From positions 676,880-740,879 of the forward strand of contig JALVSY010000007.1 of assembly GCA_027036135.1 (NCBI GenBank): a stretch of DNA of 64,000 bases, written 5' to 3'. The translations under genes and the position numbers were made by a program. Under the pieces are notes generated by a model. That model saw only the letters and a list, made by a program, of their open reading frames with translations. It was not told where the DNA came from and ran no database searches. Below, piece by piece: positions 59,000-64,000 of the stretch. This DNA is from Pyrodictiaceae archaeon. Lineage in GTDB: Archaea; Thermoproteota; Thermoprotei_A; Sulfolobales; Pyrodictiaceae. Every line of letters begins with the position of its first letter. Within the stretch, counting starts at the first letter, position 1.

Positions 59000-60016
59000 T
59001 TGCACAGAGCTATTGAGGCTCGTGGTCTTGTTAAGCGCTATGTTACTTGGGAGCGTCGGGGCCTGTTTCGTAGGCGTAGGAGGAGTGTTGAGGCTCTTCG
59101 GGGTGTTAGTTTCTCTACTCGTTGGGGTGAGGTGTTTGGGCTTCTTGGGCCTAATGGGGCTGGTAAGACTACTACTGTGAAGATTCTCTCTACGCTTCTC
59201 CTCCCCGATGAGGGGGGTGCGCGGGTAGCTGGCTACGATGTCGTCAGCGAGGCTGTCATGGTTAGGGATAGTATTGGTGTTGTGCTGAGTGTTGAGAGGG
59301 GTTTCTTTTGGAAGCTTACTGGCCGCGAGAACCTGAGATACTTTGGTATGCTGCGGGGGCTGCGTGGCGGTGAGCTGGAGGAGAGGGTTTCGCGTGTTCT
59401 TCGCCTCGTTGGGCTCGAGGAGCTTGGCGCTGCTGATAAATTGTACGAGGAGTACTCTCTCGGCATGAAGGCCCGGCTTGCTCTTGCCCGAGCACTTCTC
59501 CACGACCCCAGAGTGCTTATCCTCGACGAGCCCACGCTCGGCCTGGACCCTGTCTCTGCTAGGCGTATCCGCGAGCTAGTTGTACGGCTTGCCCACGAGG
59601 AGCAGAGGGCTGTGCTCATAACTACACATAACATGTTCGAGGCCGAGATGATATGTGACCGTGTAGCAATAATAGACGAGGGCGTCATAAAGGCTATTGG
59701 CTCCCCCGAGGAGCTTAAGGCGAAGATAGCTCACAGCGTCCCCATTGTCATAAGGTTCCGAGGCGATAGGGGCCCCGGGGAGGCCGAGAAGGCTCTCCGA
59801 GCAGGGCTAGAGGTCCTGGGTCTCAGTGTTAAGCCTGTTGAGGATGGCTATGTGGCTCGTATCCTTGTTAGGAGTGGCGAGGACGAAGAGGTGCTCGCTA
59901 GAGCTATCGCTGTCTTGGCGAAGCTAGGCTTCTCTATTAGGAGCGTTGAAGTCTCCAAGCCCAGCCTCGAGGACGTATTCGTAGCTCTAACAACCCGGGA
60001 AAAGAGTGGGGCTTGA
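59000..60016 (+). CDS. ABC-2 exporter ATPase
   Basis: GPNGAGKTT, YSLGMK, LDEPTLGLD, PSLEDVF. Confidence 0.92.
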   Translation: MHRAIEARGLVKRYVTWERRGLFRRRRRSVEALRGVSFSTRWGEVFGLLGPNGAGKTTTVKILSTLLLPDEGGARVAGYDVVSEAVMVRDSIGVVLSVERGFFWKLTGRENLRYFGMLRGLRGGELEERVSRVLRLVGLEELGAADKLYEEYSLGMKARLALARALLHDPRVLILDEPTLGLDPVSARRIRELVVRLAHEEQRAVLITTHNMFEAEMICDRVAIIDEGVIKAIGSPEELKAKIAHSVPIVIRFRGDRGPGEAEKALRAGLEVLGLSVKPVEDGYVARILVRSGEDEEVLARAIAVLAKLGFSIRSVEVSKPSLEDVFVALTTREKSGA

Positions 60017-60833
60017 TGCTGCTATGCCGAGTTCTTTCCTCGACGTGGTTGCCGCGGAGTTCTACGCGTATACGAGGTTCTATAAGAATAACCGGGCGAT
60101 GATGATTGCTGCCTTTATCTGGCCCTACCTAATGGTCTTGATACTTCTTGGGCTTGGCTACCTCTTTGGCAGTCTTAGCCAGTACGCTGCCCGCATGGGT
60201 GTCAGGAACCCAGTGTTCTTCATAGTGTCGGCGAGCACCGTTGCGATGAGCTCAACGTTCATAATTGACGAGGTTGCTAACTATACGCTCTATAATCGCT
60301 GGAACGGCACTCTCCCCTACATCCTATTGACCCCTATGAGGCTTCCTAAGCAACTACTAGCAGCTAGCATACCCTCGACACTAGTATCGCCAGCTATTAG
60401 TGTTACATCTGCGCTCCCAGTAGCAATTTACTTCGAGGGACTGAGGGGAGCAATTATCATTGCTGCTTTGTATACTGTTATTGTTCTCGGGATGGTGCCG
60501 CTCGCTGGCCTCTCCGTCCTCATAGCTGGGCTGGTCCTCACTGTGAGGGAGGAGACAAACATAGCTAATAGTATTACGCCCTTCCTCCTCTTGGTCTCCG
60601 GCGTCTTCTACCCAGTAACGATACTGCCTAAGGCATTACAGCTCATAGCCGTGGCTGTGCCCGTGAAGTATGTTGTGGATATAGCCCGGGCCATAGCCTC
60701 TACGGGTACGTTTAGCCACGAGGTCTTCCTAGCAGTCTATGTACTCACATTGATGGCGTTTGCGTATAACTCTCTCGTCGCGCCGCTACTCGGTGCTATA
60801 GAGGAGCGGGTGAAGCGCTATGCACCATTCTAG
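60006..60833 (+). CDS. ABC-2 exporter permease
   Basis: RWNGTLPYILLTP, SGVFYPVTILP; 6 TM. Confidence 0.88.
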   Translation: MGLDAAMPSSFLDVVAAEFYAYTRFYKNNRAMMIAAFIWPYLMVLILLGLGYLFGSLSQYAARMGVRNPVFFIVSASTVAMSSTFIIDEVANYTLYNRWNGTLPYILLTPMRLPKQLLAASIPSTLVSPAISVTSALPVAIYFEGLRGAIIIAALYTVIVLGMVPLAGLSVLIAGLVLTVREETNIANSITPFLLLVSGVFYPVTILPKALQLIAVAVPVKYVVDIARAIASTGTFSHEVFLAVYVLTLMAFAYNSLVAPLLGAIEERVKRYAPF

Positions 60834-61638
60834 CAGGGGCCTAGCCAAGTTATTGGCAGTGATATACCTGCACGGTGTGAGGACTTGGCGCTATAAGTAC
60901 AGCTTCATAAATTCCTCGATAAACACTATGCTTTGGATAACCATATTCCTCCTAGGCGTGATAATGTTCGTCCCCGCCAAGGAGCTGCCAGTAGTAGCGC
61001 CACAGGTGTTCTGGGGAATAACTGTCTGGAACCTGATAACCTATACCGTTATATACATCTCTGGCTGGACAACATGGTTCCTCGTATCAATGGGGCTAGT
61101 AGAGGAGCACATACTCCACGGCCTAGGCCTACCCCTACTCCTCGCTGGGCGCCTCGTAACAGTCCTAGCTGAGTCAGCTATAGCCGTCCCCCTAGTCTAC
61201 TTCGTGCTAAGAGGAGTAGCTGGCCCCATGAGGCTCGTGGAGAACCCGTGGCTACTCCTCTACGGCCTAGTAGCGGCGGAGGCAATGGCTATAGGCTACG
61301 CATTAGTATTAGCGACACTGGCGCTTCGGCTAAGCATACCGGGGCCCATGCTTGACATAACTAACTTTATACTCTTCGTAGTGGGCGGGATAGCTGCCCC
61401 GGTTGCGAAGCTCCCTGCCCAGCTACGGGTAGTCGCACTCCTCACCCCGTATTCTCATGCAGCCGAGCTAGTGAGGTACGCCGCGACCGGGACGAGGCCC
61501 TACCTAGGCCTCTTAACCGAGACATTTATCAGCGGAGCACTAGCCGTAGCCATGCCGCTAGCCGCCTACGCGTTCTACCGCTTCGTTGAGAAGCATTATC
61601 TCCGGCGCTACGGTGTACGCGGCGTTGGCAGAATGTAG
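60820..61638 (+). CDS. ABC-2 exporter permease
   Basis: GGIAAPVAKLP..TPYSHAAELVR; 6 TM. Confidence 0.85.
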   Translation: MHHSSRGLAKLLAVIYLHGVRTWRYKYSFINSSINTMLWITIFLLGVIMFVPAKELPVVAPQVFWGITVWNLITYTVIYISGWTTWFLVSMGLVEEHILHGLGLPLLLAGRLVTVLAESAIAVPLVYFVLRGVAGPMRLVENPWLLLYGLVAAEAMAIGYALVLATLALRLSIPGPMLDITNFILFVVGGIAAPVAKLPAQLRVVALLTPYSHAAELVRYAATGTRPYLGLLTETFISGALAVAMPLAAYAFYRFVEKHYLRRYGVRGVGRM

Positions 61639-61677
61639 ACCGTAACAAAAATACCTGGTCAATACACGTTTCTTAAT

Positions 61678-61757
61678 CCCGGCCTCCTCGCCGGGGGACA
61701 CCGCCGCGTAACGGCGCCTACAAGGGGGATGAGACCCGGCTGCGCACCGGAACATCT
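61678..61757 (+). ncRNA. Candidate H/ACA pseudouridylation guide sRNA
   Basis: GC hairpin with GATGA K-turn/K-loop and 3' ACA at 61752-61754 after CCGG stem; between convergent genes. Confidence 0.55.
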
Positions 61758-61760
61758 TCT

Positions 61761-62564
61761 TCATGGTTTCTGGAACTGTAGCTCCGCTAGGCTCCTAACG
61801 GTATAAGTGGCGTCGCATAGCTCGCCTCGCTCACCAGCAACCCCTGTCAACACCAATACGCTGTCCATGCCAGCTCTCTTTGCTGCTTCTATGTCTGTGT
61901 CGCAGCGATCACCTATGACGAGCGCCTCTACTGCGTGGACTCCATGTAGCTTGAGAGCTAGCTCAAACATGTATGTCTCTGGCTTGCCCGCAACAAAGAC
62001 TGGTCTAGCACCCGTGGATCTCTCTAGGAAGGCTAGTATCGCGCCAGCACCAGGCGCATCGCCACCCTCAACGGGGACAACGTTATCCGTGTTAGTAGCT
62101 ATCAAGGGGACACCGCACTTCCTTATTGCTTGGTGGGCTCTCCAGAGCTTATGGTAGCTAACAAGCCTATCGAGGCCAACCACTACGTAGTCCACAAGGC
62201 AGCTACCCGGGTCCATGGAGGTATAGACGAGGTGACCCTGCTCCACTAGCTCCTCTATGAGGCCCTCCTCCCCTATCACTAGGACGCGGGCCCTGCCACA
62301 CATATCTACGAGGCGGGCGGCGACAGCGTAGCCGCTCGTGATTATCTCGTCGGGGCCAACGTCCCAGCCCATTACCGCTGAGAGCCTCTCCATGTAGAGC
62401 CTCCGACTCCTCGTAGAATTATTTGTGACGAAGACTATCTTGATCCCAGAGTCGTGTGCCTTGCGTAGCCACTCAACATTCTCCTCGATAATCTCCTTGC
62501 CTCTCCACACAACACCGTCAAGATCCACTAGGAAGAGGCGATAAGCCTTCTCGAGTATTTGCAA
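61761..62564 (-). CDS. HAD subfamily IIA phosphatase (NagD-like)
   Basis: DLDGV, TNNS, ATNTD, GKP, IGDRCDTDI, VLTG. Confidence 0.92.
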   Translation of the reverse strand: MQILEKAYRLFLVDLDGVVWRGKEIIEENVEWLRKAHDSGIKIVFVTNNSTRSRRLYMERLSAVMGWDVGPDEIITSGYAVAARLVDMCGRARVLVIGEEGLIEELVEQGHLVYTSMDPGSCLVDYVVVGLDRLVSYHKLWRAHQAIRKCGVPLIATNTDNVVPVEGGDAPGAGAILAFLERSTGARPVFVAGKPETYMFELALKLHGVHAVEALVIGDRCDTDIEAAKRAGMDSVLVLTGVAGERGELCDATYTVRSLAELQFQKP

Positions 62565-62690
62565 CCCTTACTCACTCCCCTATACAAGAGCCCCTATGGC
62601 TCCTCCCGGGGCGTCGCCGGGCGGGGCGCGTGGAGGCCGCATCCTTTATGAGTATCTATCGTGGCTATATAGTCTCGGTGAAGCAGGGCC

Positions 62691-63572
62691 TTGATCCTCT
62701 TTGACTGGGGCACCTATAACGGGCTCACCACCTTGGTGAAGGCTGCTACTCTCGGCATGAAGCTCACCGAGATACCGCCCTACGACTTCTCTAGGCGTAG
62801 TAGGAGGCTCGAGTACTTCCAGCAATACCGCGAGCTAGCAACTAAGGCGTTTACCACTATAACTGCTCACGCGCCCTACTATAACGTTGTCTCAACGGTC
62901 CCCGAGGTCTATGAGAGGAGTAAGAAGGCCCTAGTAGCTGCTGCGAAGAAGGCTAGGGAAGCTGGCGCCGAGATATTCAACCTGCACCTTGGCTGGAGAG
63001 CGTGGATGGATAACCGCGATATAGAGCAGGCAGCTGAGGTCGTGAAAGCTATCCTGGACGAGGTACCCGACATAGTTGTTACGCTCGAGACTATGTATTC
63101 TAGGAGAATGCTGGGCACCTTCGATGATATCAAGGCGATAATAGAGACAGTGGGTAGTGACAGGATACAGATATCGACTCAGCTAGAGAACGTGTTTATG
63201 CTGGAGACTGGTGCTGCTGAGCACGGTAACTTCGAGGCAGCTAATAGGAGCGTTGATGAGACCTTCTGGAGAAACGTTCTCCAAAAGACGCTGAGCCTTA
63301 GCACGAAGTACCTATCGCTTAGGTTCTCCCAGGTGGTGGGCTTCGCCCTTGGGAGAAGAGTGCTGAAGAAAAGGGTGCCGCTTGGCAAGGGCTATCCAGA
63401 CCTAGAGCCCTTGGCGAGAGCACTGGCGGATTTCATGGTGCACGAGATAAGGGAGAAGAACCTTGAGATGAGGATGCACCTAATCTACACGGGGCCCCCG
63501 GAGACTAAGTACCGCGACACAATAATGCTCTACGCAAAGGTGATGAGCGAGGTAGTGCCTCATCTCCACTAA
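62691..63572 (+). CDS. AP endonuclease 2 / xylose-isomerase-like TIM-barrel protein
   Basis: TAHAPYYN, NLHLG, TLETM, PLGKGYPD. Confidence 0.65.
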   Translation: MILFDWGTYNGLTTLVKAATLGMKLTEIPPYDFSRRSRRLEYFQQYRELATKAFTTITAHAPYYNVVSTVPEVYERSKKALVAAAKKAREAGAEIFNLHLGWRAWMDNRDIEQAAEVVKAILDEVPDIVVTLETMYSRRMLGTFDDIKAIIETVGSDRIQISTQLENVFMLETGAAEHGNFEAANRSVDETFWRNVLQKTLSLSTKYLSLRFSQVVGFALGRRVLKKRVPLGKGYPDLEPLARALADFMVHEIREKNLEMRMHLIYTGPPETKYRDTIMLYAKVMSEVVPHLH

Positions 63573-63735
63573 CATAGCCTTTTCCCCGATACCATTCCCT
63601 GCCTCTGCAGCTAAACCACGGGGTACATAGGGAGCCACTCTATCCCGAGCCTAGTCAGGGAATTATTCAGGATACTTGATTCCTTGTAAAGAAGACCAAA
63701 ACATGGCTAGCTAGTGAGGGGAGCCCAGAGGAGCC

Positions 63736-64000
63736 TTGGCAAAGCCTCCTAGTACTAGGCTTCGGCCCCGTAAGTATCAGTTAGAGGCCTATGAGTGGGC
63801 TCTGCGTGTTCGTCGTGGAGTAGTGGTGCTGCCTACCGGTACTGGTAAGACGCTTGTCGCTGTGCTCTGGGCGAAGAAGCTCCTAGAGAGCGGTGGCGCT
63901 AAGAGGGTATTGTTCCTCGAGCCTACGAGGTTCCTTGTGGAGCAGGTTGCTAGGTATATTCGCTGGGTCTCGGGCCTAGAGGCCGAGGCTGTTCACGGTG
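63736..64000 (+). CDS. Superfamily 2 DEAD/DEAH helicase (Hef/XPB-like), 5' part
   Basis: Not in track. TTG 63736 after GAGGAG: RPRKYQLEA..VVLPTGTGKT..LFLEPTRFLVEQ. Confidence 0.85.
   Translation, partial: MAKPPSTRLRPRKYQLEAYEWALRVRRGVVVLPTGTGKTLVAVLWAKKLLESGGAKRVLFLEPTRFLVEQVARYIRWVSGLEAEAVHG

Noticed and set aside
59000-61638. ABC-2 exporter as part of the micropeptide system
   Set aside because: 14 kb away with unrelated genes between; common exporter family and no linking motif seen

Overview
Ordinary-to-accessory chromosomal window of a hyperthermophilic archaeon. The gene content (CbiS, TrpB2, WtpABC, QueDE, qNOR, many VapBC and MNT-HEPN pairs), GGTG/GAGG ribosome-binding sites and frequent TTG/GTG starts suggest Thermoproteota, probably Desulfurococcales/Pyrodictiaceae (inference). 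It holds a corrinoid salvage and uptake operon, trpB2 with a SerK-like gene, glpA-coxG, a decaying Co/Ni ECF transporter, queD-queE, a tungstate ABC transporter with its ModE-type regulator, a proline dehydrogenase-like pair, pyrF/pyrD, K+ transport genes, two toxin-antitoxin clusters, an AT-rich amt/regulator/qNOR block and an ABC-2 exporter. Not in the ORF track: one strong and three weaker guide-type sRNA candidates, several operator-like palindromes and several broken genes. The best candidate for an undescribed system is a 49-aa secreted-type micropeptide gene (45060-45209) divergent from a tandem-HTH Lrp-like regulator (43928-44953), which resembles a peptide-signalling module. All calls come from reading motifs by eye; no database searches were run.
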